Below, one piece after another: positions 11,024-20,315 of a DNA stretch of 64,000 bases (the first letter of the stretch is position 1; each line of letters opens with the position of its first letter). This DNA comes from Promethearchaeota archaeon (GTDB lineage: Archaea; Asgardarchaeota; Lokiarchaeia; Sigyniarchaeales; SOKP01). The stretch lies in contig JAHPZE010000001.1 of NCBI GenBank assembly GCA_019058365.1, positions 64,001-128,000 of the forward strand, in the 5' to 3' direction. The notes beneath the pieces are model-generated. The model was given only the letters and a program-made list of their open reading frames with translations. It searched no databases and was not told the origin of the DNA. The translations under genes and the position numbers were made by a program.

Positions 11024-11641
11024 TCATTCTCTAATCATTGCCCAATTTATTAAATTACTATCTGGTATTTCATATTTTTCGATTATCTTAAATCCAAATC
11101 GGTTATAAATCGGCAAATTTTTCTCATTATTAGTATCTAAAAAACATGGTAAATTCTGTTTATCAATTTGGTTAAACATGGAATTAAATAATATATTAGA
11201 GTAGCCTTTTCCTTGATTTATTGGATTTATACCTATAATTGATAAATACCAATGAAATGAAGTCATAAGTTTCTTATGCTTTGAATAAATATATTTATAA
11301 AATTGATTTTGTTTCTTGACAGCTTTACTCCCTAGTTTAAAGAAATATGAGATTCCTCCATTTAATAACCCCATTAATGGAGTAATTTTTGATCTATTAG
11401 AAGGGAACCATATAGCTATTCCTTCAAGATTAGGTGATGTTATATGAACTATTCCATATTTCATTCCTAATCGAATTAATAGCTCCATCATTGATGATAA
11501 TTTAAATGATCTCTCTTTTGTTTTTGGAAATAAAAATACCATGAGGGGATCATTAAAAAATGCTTTACTAATAATAGAACTTGCTTGCTTAATTTGATTT
11601 TTAGTTAATAAAGTAAGATCTCTTAATGAAATTCTAATCAT
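11024..11641 (-). CDS. GNAT family N-acetyltransferase
   Basis: HWYLSIIGINPINQGKG, NLPIYNRFGF. Confidence 0.9.
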   Translation of the reverse strand: MIRISLRDLTLLTKNQIKQASSIISKAFFNDPLMVFLFPKTKERSFKLSSMMELLIRLGMKYGIVHITSPNLEGIAIWFPSNRSKITPLMGLLNGGISYFFKLGSKAVKKQNQFYKYIYSKHKKLMTSFHWYLSIIGINPINQGKGYSNILFNSMFNQIDKQNLPCFLDTNNEKNLPIYNRFGFKIIEKYEIPDSNLINWAMIRE

Positions 11642-12130
11642 TTAGATTAATTAACTCATATCTAAGTTTTTTATAAAAGTAATCGTGTAGAATAATTTAA
11701 AATCATGTATTAAAATATTTAATATCTTAAAATAATAAAGCTAAAAAAAAATCAAGGATAAATATTAATATAATATTAGTACAATTTAAGTAATAATGAT
11801 AACATTAATAAGAGTTGAGTTAAAATCAATTTTAACTAAGTTTATATCCTTTTTTACTTATTTTATTAGCTCTATAATAAGAATTAAAGATACTGGCATC
11901 TAATAAATTTCTTTTACAAGATTACATAATTTAAAAAGCTTTAATAATTACAATTCGTGGATTATTTAAATTTTGATTTAATAATAGTTTAGCCGTTTTA
12001 TAATATTATGCCTGTTTTTTACTTATAAACCAAAAATTTTTAGATTTATTAAAATTATTTACAAAGAGTGATTTAAAGAATTAATTTAGAATAATAATAT
12101 TAATAAAAATATTCAAATAAAAAAAAGTAT

Positions 12131-12243
12131 GCCAGTGTATCCGAGTAGTTAAGGAGGCGGCCTATAGAGCTTAAAACTGACTCTAGCCGAAGCAGAGCCG
12201 TTGCTTTTCAGCATCGTGGGTGCGAATCCCACCGCTGGCTCCA
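12131..12243 (+). tRNA. tRNA-Cys(GCA) with 28-nt intron (12164-12191) at position 33/34, long variable arm, encoded CCA
   Basis: Acceptor GCCAGTG/CGCTGGC; U73 then CCA; anticodon stem GCGGC/GCCGT with spliced loop CT-GCA-GA; BHB motif: CGGC/GCCG helix flanked by CTA and AAG bulges, inner helix TAGAG/CTCTA; T arm GTGGG-TGCGAAT-CCCAC. Confidence 0.88.
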
Positions 12244-12474
12244 TATTTTACTCTTAATTTTAAATATAATTATAAAAACTTGAGAATAAAATTAGCTGAA
12301 TTTTCAAAAAAATTCTAAATCTAAATTTTGATTATGGTAAAGTGCAATTGGATATCCAATATTTGAATATGAAAGAAAACCTATCTGGGTTTATAAAAAT
12401 AGAATAAAATGATAATCAAATTTTTTTTTACCTTGAGAAAGTATTCAAATATTAAAATAAAGATAGGAAAATCT

Positions 12475-14196
12475 TTAGGTACCGTTCATAATTTTCATGT
12501 TTGGAGTATAATACTCGCCAATTGCATAGTTATTGAAGTTTATACTATAATGGTTTCGCCAATGTGCTTTAACATCTTCTAACATTGCTTCCATAACACT
12601 TTCTTTAACTTTTCCTTCTGCGCATATAGTTTTACCTATTGGAGATGCTACAACCTCTCCATCCTTTACAACAATTTGACCGTCTTTTATTGTATAGGTT
12701 GCTAAAGTAAAAGCTTTTTCTATCGCATGTCCATCTATTTTTTTCGGATCTAAATTATATATCGCAACATCACCAATCGCTCCCCTGCCTAAATGACCTC
12801 TATCTGTCATACCTAAACATTTAGCAGTGCCTGCTCGCGTAATTGTACATATTTCACCTAATGTTAATTCACGATCGATATCTCTTAATTGAGATTTCGT
12901 ATTCGCTTTTGGAGAACATTGATTTAAAAGTATATCATCTCTTGATTTCTTATCCATAAGCCATCGAACAATCTGTGGATAGCTTGTAAATGGTCCACCA
13001 TTGGGGTGATCGGTCGTCATAAATATTTGCCAAGGATTCTTGGTAAGGAGCATAAGCTCTAATCCAACTGCCCATTGTACTGCATTCACAGCAACTTTAG
13101 GATCAAATAAATAAGGAACTATACCGGAACCAGATTCCCCTTCTACTTGACCATTTATCCATTTAATTCCAGGTTTAGAGCCCCAAGCTGAAGTGCCGCC
13201 GATATGATGGAGAGCAAATTCCCAAGGCCCGTCTGCAGTCATTGTTGTAGTTGCAGCTTTCCCAAAAATAATTTGACCCGCATCAACAGTAAGATGTTCA
13301 TGTGAATTTAAATATTCAGCTATATCAGCAGCACCAGATTCGAAATCACCCCAAGTAGTACCTCCATATGCATTAAATTGGCAGTGTGTGAGATGAAAAA
13401 CAGATTTTCTTCCTTGTTTTGGTTTAATTTTATCAACAGTCTTAAAAGTCTCAAGTGTATGCTCTTTATTTCCAGGATGTCCTAAATTGTTAGCATGGAC
13501 ATGGATAGTATGAGGTAACTTTAATATTTCATTTACTTTTGATAAGCTTTCTAAAATTTCTCTAGGTGTTACTTCAAAATGAAAAACATGATCATCCAGA
13601 GAATTAACGTTTTTACCCCAAGCCCAATTTTCGACTCCTCCAGGATTTACTATTTTCACAGCATACCCTTTGACTACCTTTAAAATCCAAGCGATGTAAG
13701 CAGCTAATTTTTCATAATTTTTTTGTTTAACATATTCCATTACAAACCAATTATTTCCGAAAAGTGGAAAAGCAGCTTTATCTATAATAGGTGTAACCAA
13801 AAATTCTTCATGAGTATGTCTTGCTTTAAGCAAAGGCATTGCGGGTTCAACGACAGTAGTATATCCTAACCTAGCATAACGATATCCTGTTGCCCATGTT
13901 GATGGCACTGACCAACCAGTTCCACTTCGAGTCAATTTAGTTCTTTTTTCATTACATTCTTCAAGTTTATCATCAGGTCGAAATGAACGTCCAGCATTCA
14001 CTTTAGTTCCTGCAATATGAGCATGTATGTCTACCCCTCCTGGCATCACAATCATTCCAGAAGCGTCAATTACTTTTGCATCCCCATTAACTTTTTCTAC
14101 GACAATCCCATCTTTAATATGGATATCTTTCTTTTCCCCGTCAATATTATTTAATGGATCGTATATTAACCCGTTTTTAATTATTAAATCCTTCAT
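12475..14196 (-). CDS. fwdA: Formylmethanofuran dehydrogenase subunit A
   Basis: PGGVDIHAHIAG, KIVNPGG, HVHANNLG, TTDHPNGGPF, TRAGTAK. Confidence 0.95.
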   Translation of the reverse strand: MKDLIIKNGLIYDPLNNIDGEKKDIHIKDGIVVEKVNGDAKVIDASGMIVMPGGVDIHAHIAGTKVNAGRSFRPDDKLEECNEKRTKLTRSGTGWSVPSTWATGYRYARLGYTTVVEPAMPLLKARHTHEEFLVTPIIDKAAFPLFGNNWFVMEYVKQKNYEKLAAYIAWILKVVKGYAVKIVNPGGVENWAWGKNVNSLDDHVFHFEVTPREILESLSKVNEILKLPHTIHVHANNLGHPGNKEHTLETFKTVDKIKPKQGRKSVFHLTHCQFNAYGGTTWGDFESGAADIAEYLNSHEHLTVDAGQIIFGKAATTTMTADGPWEFALHHIGGTSAWGSKPGIKWINGQVEGESGSGIVPYLFDPKVAVNAVQWAVGLELMLLTKNPWQIFMTTDHPNGGPFTSYPQIVRWLMDKKSRDDILLNQCSPKANTKSQLRDIDRELTLGEICTITRAGTAKCLGMTDRGHLGRGAIGDVAIYNLDPKKIDGHAIEKAFTLATYTIKDGQIVVKDGEVVASPIGKTICAEGKVKESVMEAMLEDVKAHWRNHYSINFNNYAIGEYYTPNMKIMNGT

Positions 14197-14484
14197 TTTA
14201 GTTCTCCTAAATTATCTCTACGAGCTTGATACTTTTTTGTAATAATAATCATTTTGAACAAATCCAATAATTTAAAGAATCAATTATTTTTATAAAGATT
14301 TATTATAAATTTTAAGCATATCATTGTAATACTTTTCAAAATGAAAACTGCTACTTTTTTGCATATGTCTATACTTAAATAAAAGTTTTTATTTGAATAT
14401 TTTAATCTACGGATTAATTCGTTAAAGGTTTTTAGGAATGATTCAATTGCTCAGTTAACTAGTAATGCTTAAGGGGGATTTGTA

Positions 14485-14862
14485 ATAGTAAAAATCTTTA
14501 TCGTAGACGACGATCAATCATTACAGAGCTTATATGGATTAATACTAAGGGAAGCGGGATTTAACATTGTTGAAACTGCAATAAATGGTAAGGATGCTAT
14601 TGAAAAATATAACAAATTTGAAGTAAAACCCGACATAATTTTGATGATTTATCGAATGCCGATTAAAAATGGAGTAGATGCAATGATTGAAATTTTAAAA
14701 ATTAATAAAAATAAGAAAATTATTTTTGCTAGTGCGGATATTACTGTAAAACACAAAGCTATTTCACTTGGAGCATGCGCTTTTCTTGATAAACCATTCA
14801 AAATGCACGAATTGTTAAATAAAATTCAGCAGATAGTAAAAGAATTGGTAGTTGAACAATAA
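14485..14862 (+). pseudogene. CheY-like single receiver domain, degenerate (ATA in place of start codon; phospho-acceptor Asp replaced by Ile)
   Basis: Frame reads (ATA)VKIFIVDDDQSLQSLY...AINGKDAI...KPDIILMIYRMPIKNG...FASAD...FLDKPF; purine-rich RBS-like GGGGGA upstream. Confidence 0.7.
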
Positions 14863-14933
14863 ATTACCCTAATAAAAAGTATTATTAAATATAAAAAAAA
14901 AAATAATGATTAAAAATCCAAAATCGATTATTA

Positions 14934-15455
14934 TTAATCTCTTCTTGACAGTAATGCAATACAACCATAAAACAATCCAACTGTTAACCCAACACCTAAA
15001 TAGATTACAATATTACCAATTATATATTCAGTAGTAGGGGTAATTACAGAAAGTACAGCCATTATACCTAGTACAATAGCTAAGATTGTACAAATCATTG
15101 CAGTTAGGAACCACCCTGAGAAGGCTTCTTTTCTGTTTTCAGCAAAGAATCCTGAGAGAAAAGCACCTATAATTGGAGCTACAAAATATCCTATATATAG
15201 AATTATTTGAAACGTTGGAATTGTTCCTCCCATCGCAATTGCAGTTCCTATTACTACAAAAATAAGTCCCGGTGATCCTATTGGTGAAGCTATTGGTCCA
15301 AATAGAAGCATGTTCAAAGTACCAAGAAAATCAGTTTGAAATGACGCCATAAATAAATCAAAATGCCCCGATACTAGGTATGCAAGAAGTAAAAATACAA
15401 CATTTAATCCAATAAAAGCGATTAAACTGAACATAAAACTTTTAGCAAAAGCCAT
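14934..15455 (-). CDS. Multi-pass membrane protein, unknown function
   Basis: About 5 hydrophobic helices. Confidence 0.8.
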   Translation of the reverse strand: MAFAKSFMFSLIAFIGLNVVFLLLAYLVSGHFDLFMASFQTDFLGTLNMLLFGPIASPIGSPGLIFVVIGTAIAMGGTIPTFQIILYIGYFVAPIIGAFLSGFFAENRKEAFSGWFLTAMICTILAIVLGIMAVLSVITPTTEYIIGNIVIYLGVGLTVGLFYGCIALLSRRD

Positions 15456-15909
15456 TTTTTTAACACACTTTAGATTTTAATTTTTTTTTAGTCTCTTATT
15501 ATCCTTATTTAATTTTTTAATTAAATAATAGATAACGTTTTTTACGAGATTTAATTCAACTTAATCATTAATAAAGCTTTCTAAATTTCCTTATTGCCTT
15601 TTATAAAACATTTTTTTCTGGGTTTCTCAAAAAGATTGAAAGATTATAAGGAGATCGATTTTGAACATTTGATATATAAGTCGAATTCATTCTTAGAACT
15701 CAAATAATTCTATACTAATTTTTTGAACAATAAGTTCATAAAATGTACTTAAATAGTAATATATATATTGTAATAACTAATAATGAACTTTTTATCCTAA
15801 ACTATTCATATATTTTAATATTACTAAAATATGATCAAGATTAAATATATGATTTGATCTATTTAGTATAAAAAATTAAAATTAAAAATAAAAAAATAAG
15901 TGTTAAAAT

Positions 15910-16446
15910 ATGGGTGCTGGAAAAATTTTAATAATTTTTGGAGCAATATTAACACTAGTCTCTACTTTTTTCTTGAGTTTGGTTACCGTTGATATGCCAG
16001 GAGCAATATTATGGTTAGAAGCGGGATTAAATTATGGAAATGGCATGAATTTCTTTATGCATATAACGTATTTATTCACTGATACAGGGACTGTTGCGAC
16101 GCAATTTGGACTACCTGTTTATTTAATATACATTATTATTGTGCTACTAATCTTTTTTGTGATTTCGGGTGTTATTCAGCTAATAGGAATAAAAAGTAGG
16201 GCTGCTGCGATCATTGGATCCATAATGCCACTGTTTATTGGAATTATTATCATTTTGGGTAGTTTTATGACGACACTTCCAGCAATTTTAGCTGGATTTG
16301 GATCATTTCAATTAGACAGTGCATTAGTAGCAGGTATTGTACCGTTTGACCTTCCTCTTGGAGGAATATCTCTTGGTGCATATCTTTTAGTCGCAGGTGG
16401 AGCATTGGCTTTCATTGGTGGTATCATTGGTACTTCAGATCTCTAA
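15910..16446 (+). CDS. Multi-pass membrane protein, unknown function
   Basis: About 4 hydrophobic helices; starts MGAGK. Confidence 0.8.
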   Translation: MGAGKILIIFGAILTLVSTFFLSLVTVDMPGAILWLEAGLNYGNGMNFFMHITYLFTDTGTVATQFGLPVYLIYIIIVLLIFFVISGVIQLIGIKSRAAAIIGSIMPLFIGIIIILGSFMTTLPAILAGFGSFQLDSALVAGIVPFDLPLGGISLGAYLLVAGGALAFIGGIIGTSDL

Positions 16447-16471
16447 ATATAAAATATAATTTAACTTTTTT

Positions 16472-17170
16472 TTAATTATTTTTTCTTTCCTTCATATTAA
16501 TTTCTTTTATTTTCTCAAGATCTATTAATTCATTTACATTAATAAAGGAAGATAAATTTTCATCGATAATCTTGATATTTTTTTCAATAGAGATAAAATT
16601 TGTTTTCCATTTAGCACTTAATAAGTTTGTTAATTTATATGATTGAATTTTTAAATTTTTTTTAGCCGTTTTTAAAGCTTTTTTAACGGGATAAATTGCC
16701 ACTAGTGGTTCTAAAAAACCATTTTCCCATTGAGGTATACAACAATCGTAATTTTTACATCGTTCAATTAAATATTTTAATACTTCCTTTTTTATTAAAG
16801 GAGTATCGCAAGATAACACTAAAACTTTTTTATATCTTAGTCTTTTTAACTCTTTAAAAGTAGAAAATAAACCAATCATAGGTGTTATTAGAGTTTTATC
16901 GCTTGTTATATCTTTATCATCAATGATAAAGGCGGTTAGATTGTTTATATCAATCTTTTCCATATATTTTTGCGTTTGTTTTAGGGAATTGGCAACTAGA
17001 AATATATCATATTTAAACTCACTTAATTTATCAAGTAAGTAAGATATAAGGGGTTTTCCAGAAAGTTCAAAAAGTCCTTTATCACTTCCAAATCGACTGC
17101 TTTTTCCTCCAATTAGAACCGCGATTGCTAAGAATTTAGATTTATTCCTTTTTTTTAACACTTTTTTCAT
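16472..17170 (-). CDS. mobA: Molybdenum cofactor guanylyltransferase
   Basis: LIGGKSSRFGSDKG, LSCDTP, EPLVAIY, FINVN. Confidence 0.9.
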   Translation of the reverse strand: MKKVLKKRNKSKFLAIAVLIGGKSSRFGSDKGLFELSGKPLISYLLDKLSEFKYDIFLVANSLKQTQKYMEKIDINNLTAFIIDDKDITSDKTLITPMIGLFSTFKELKRLRYKKVLVLSCDTPLIKKEVLKYLIERCKNYDCCIPQWENGFLEPLVAIYPVKKALKTAKKNLKIQSYKLTNLLSAKWKTNFISIEKNIKIIDENLSSFINVNELIDLEKIKEINMKERKNN

Positions 17171-17269
17171 TGGAATATTTAATATTTTATTAAACTAATA
17201 ATTAAAAATTATATATGATTTAAATTAATTGAAGATAATAAAACTGATTCTCTCAATCTATCTAATATC

Positions 17270-18793
17270 ATGCTTCTTAAAAGAAAAATAAAACAAATGA
17301 GAGAAAAACCTAGAGAGCATTGTGCTATTTTTGGTGTAACTTGTGATGATCTTGGTTTTTCAGTCTCAAATCTTTTGTATCAAGGATTAATTGCTTTGCA
17401 ACATCGAGGTCAAGAATCTACAGGAATATCCATTTTGAAAACTGGAGGTACAATTTTTACATATAAAAAAAATGGATTAGTCTCACAAGTTTTAGAGGAG
17501 AAAATTATTTCACAATATTGGGGAAATGTTGGCATTGGACATAACAGGTATGCTACAACTGGAGCAGTTGGTTTTAACTCCTCTCTTTATATGCAACCAT
17601 TTCATTTCAAAAACAATGAAATTGAATTTTCTATGGCTTTCAATGGAACCATAGCTAATTTTGATGAAATCAAAAAGAAAATGGACGAGATGGGACGCAT
17701 TTTTATCACTGATACTGATACTGAGGTTTTAGCGCAACTAATCGGATCTATTGCTTTAGGAACGGAAGATTGGCCTGAAATTCTAAAGGTTACAAGCAGA
17801 TTATTAGATGGTTCCTATTCTTTAATATTAATGACTTCTGAAGGAGATATTTATGCTATTAGAGATCCATTAGGATTTAAACCTTTATGCATTGGGGAAT
17901 TGAAAACTGAACAACGAAATCTATATTTTGTTGCATCTGAATCATGTGCTATTGATGCTGTTGGAGGGTTATTTTTAAGAGATGTACAACCCGGAGAAAT
18001 TGTACATCTGAGTCATCAGAAAGATATTCATTCAGAGATGGTAATTAAAGCAAACAGAACAGCCATATGTCAATTTGAATATGTATACTTCGCACGACCA
18101 GATTCTATTATTGATGGAGTTTCAGTCGCAGAGGCAAGATCACGATTAGGTATGAATTTAGCTAAGAATGATCCTATTTTAAAAAATTCTGAGATAAGGA
18201 AAAATGCAATTGTAGTTCCAGTTCCAGATTCAGGCCGAAGTGTCGCAGTAGGATATGCAAAAGAAGCAAAGCTTCCTTACATAGAGGGTTTAATGAAGAA
18301 CCGGTACGTACATAGAACATTTATTATGCCTGGTCAAACAAAACGTAAAATTGCTGTAAAAGAGAAGTTGAATCCTATAAAAAGTATTGTAAAGGATAAA
18401 GATGTTATTCTTTTAGATGATTCTATTGTGAGGGGGACAACAACTCAACAAATAGTATCACTATTACGAGAAAAAGGAGGAGCTAAACGGGTTCATTTAC
18501 GTGTTAGTTGTCCCCCAATTGTTAGTCCATGCTATATGGGAATTGATTTTCCTACTAAAAATGAATTAATTGCAGGAAGATTCCAAGACCAGTATGGTGA
18601 CAATTATATAGATGAAATTCAACGAACAATAGGAGCAGATACATTGTTATATCAAACAATAGATAATTTAACTCTAGCGATTGGAAAGGGTAGAAACGAA
18701 TTATGTTTAGCCTGTTTAACAGGTGATTATCAATTAAAATCTGTACAAAAATTAGCAGAATTAGAGCAATCTATTGTTAAAAGTAGAACTTGA
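17270..18793 (+). CDS. purF: Amidophosphoribosyltransferase (intact)
   Basis: EHCAIFG, LQHRGQE, GHNRYAT, FEYVYFARPDS, DDSIVRGTT, CYMGID, CLAC. Confidence 0.96.
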   Translation: MLLKRKIKQMREKPREHCAIFGVTCDDLGFSVSNLLYQGLIALQHRGQESTGISILKTGGTIFTYKKNGLVSQVLEEKIISQYWGNVGIGHNRYATTGAVGFNSSLYMQPFHFKNNEIEFSMAFNGTIANFDEIKKKMDEMGRIFITDTDTEVLAQLIGSIALGTEDWPEILKVTSRLLDGSYSLILMTSEGDIYAIRDPLGFKPLCIGELKTEQRNLYFVASESCAIDAVGGLFLRDVQPGEIVHLSHQKDIHSEMVIKANRTAICQFEYVYFARPDSIIDGVSVAEARSRLGMNLAKNDPILKNSEIRKNAIVVPVPDSGRSVAVGYAKEAKLPYIEGLMKNRYVHRTFIMPGQTKRKIAVKEKLNPIKSIVKDKDVILLDDSIVRGTTTQQIVSLLREKGGAKRVHLRVSCPPIVSPCYMGIDFPTKNELIAGRFQDQYGDNYIDEIQRTIGADTLLYQTIDNLTLAIGKGRNELCLACLTGDYQLKSVQKLAELEQSIVKSRT

Positions 18794-18807
18794 TTTTAAA
18801 ATGCTTT

Positions 18808-20204
18808 CTATTCTACGCCATCCCAACAATATGTACATATCTTTTCTTTCGGTAATCCAATAGCTTTAATTAAATTTTCAAGTCTCTGATATTGCAAAGT
18901 CGTCAATTGTAATTTTGTGCGAACAACTTCGACCATAGCTTTATAATTATCAGATTTTGGATCGGTATATCTGTAGGATCCTGGATATTCTTTCCAATCA
19001 GTTCTTTTATCACCCATCATCCGGCTAAATTCAATTCAGAACGAGATCGAGAGAAATTTAGAAATTTACAACTATAAACAAGTAGAGGACAGGCAGGTCT
19101 CATATGTACTTCCTTAGCTCCATATTCATATAATCTTTAAATTGTTTTTCGAAGTTGAGTACCCCTCACAATTGAATCTTCACAAAAAAGTAAACGTTTG
19201 TTATTAATAAGTTCTTCAATTGGTATTAATTTCATTTTTGCAACTTGGTCTCTAATAGATTGAACTTGTGGCATAAAGTTCCTAGGCCAAGTTGGAGTGT
19301 ATTTTACATAGGGTCGTGAAAAAGGAATTTTAGCTTCATTAACATATCCTAAACCATGTGCTGTTACTGAATCAGGGATCCCTACTACGAGATCAATTTC
19401 AATATTATCATTTTTTGCTAAATAAGATCCACATTTATATCAAACCGATTCTACGTTGATACCTTCATAATTAGATGCAGGAAATCCATAATATACTCAT
19501 AAAAAACCACAAATTTGCAGTCGGTCTCCTAGTCTGATTTTATGTTCGAGACCATTTTTACTTATAAAAATTATTTCACCCGGTCCAAGGTACTTTTTTG
19601 TTTTATAACGCAGATTAGGAAATACACAAGTTTCCATCGTTATGGCATAAGCCCCCGATTTTTCCCCTATAATAAGCAGTGTTCTTCCTAATTTATCTCG
19701 AACAGCGTAGATTTCTTCATTTGTTAATATAAGCATAGTACATGATCCATCAACCATATCTTAAACGTTCTGAATTCCTTCTTCAAATGTAGCTCCTTGA
19801 CTAATAATTGTTGCTACCATTTCGGTAGGATTAATTTCTCCTCCATGCATCTCTGAGAAATGAGATCTATTCTTTAAAGCTTTTTTTGCTAAATCTTCTA
19901 GATTATTAATTTTTCCCACTATAACAATAGCAAAAACACCTAAATGAGAATTGATTATTAATGGTTGATCATCATAATCACTGATTACTCCTATACCTTT
20001 ATTTCCGTGCATTTTCTTAATATCTTTCTCGAATTTGGACCTAAATTGAGTTGTTGTTATGGTTTTAATAAACCGTTGAAAACCATCGGAGTTTTTTACT
20101 GCTAATCCTCCTCTTCTAGTTCCTAAATGAGAATGATAATCTGTTCCATAGAAAAGATCTTCTAAACAATCTGAATCTGAAAAAACTCCGAATAAACCAC
20201 CCAT
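18808..20204 (-). pseudogene. purF: Second, divergent PurF-type amidophosphoribosyltransferase (MGGLFG type), decayed
   Basis: Stops at 19761-63 (TAA), 19497-99 (TGA), 19440-42 (TGA), 19137-39 (TAA), 19017-19 (TGA), plus a frameshift near 18975; retains GTDYHSHLG, KYTPTWPRNFMP, EDSIVRGTQ, CTYCWDG. Confidence 0.92.
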
Positions 20205-20315
20205 TATACTTTCACTACTTATTTAAATCGAAAAATATTAATAAATGAAATTATTAATTTGATATCAAACCCTAAATTATTCAAAGTATGAATTTGGAAT
20301 ATTTTATACAACTTT

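Noticed and set aside
12157-12201. Reading the tRNA as Leu(TAG), Tyr(ATA) or tRNA-Sec
   Set aside because: BHB geometry fixes the intron at 33/34, giving GCA. U73 fits Cys, and the 7/5 acceptor/T stems do not fit tRNA-Sec.
18808-20204. TGA codons in the second purF as Sec or a genome-wide UGA reassignment
   Set aside because: They fall at Trp/Arg positions and co-occur with TAA stops and a frameshift. Many intact genes in the window end in TGA.
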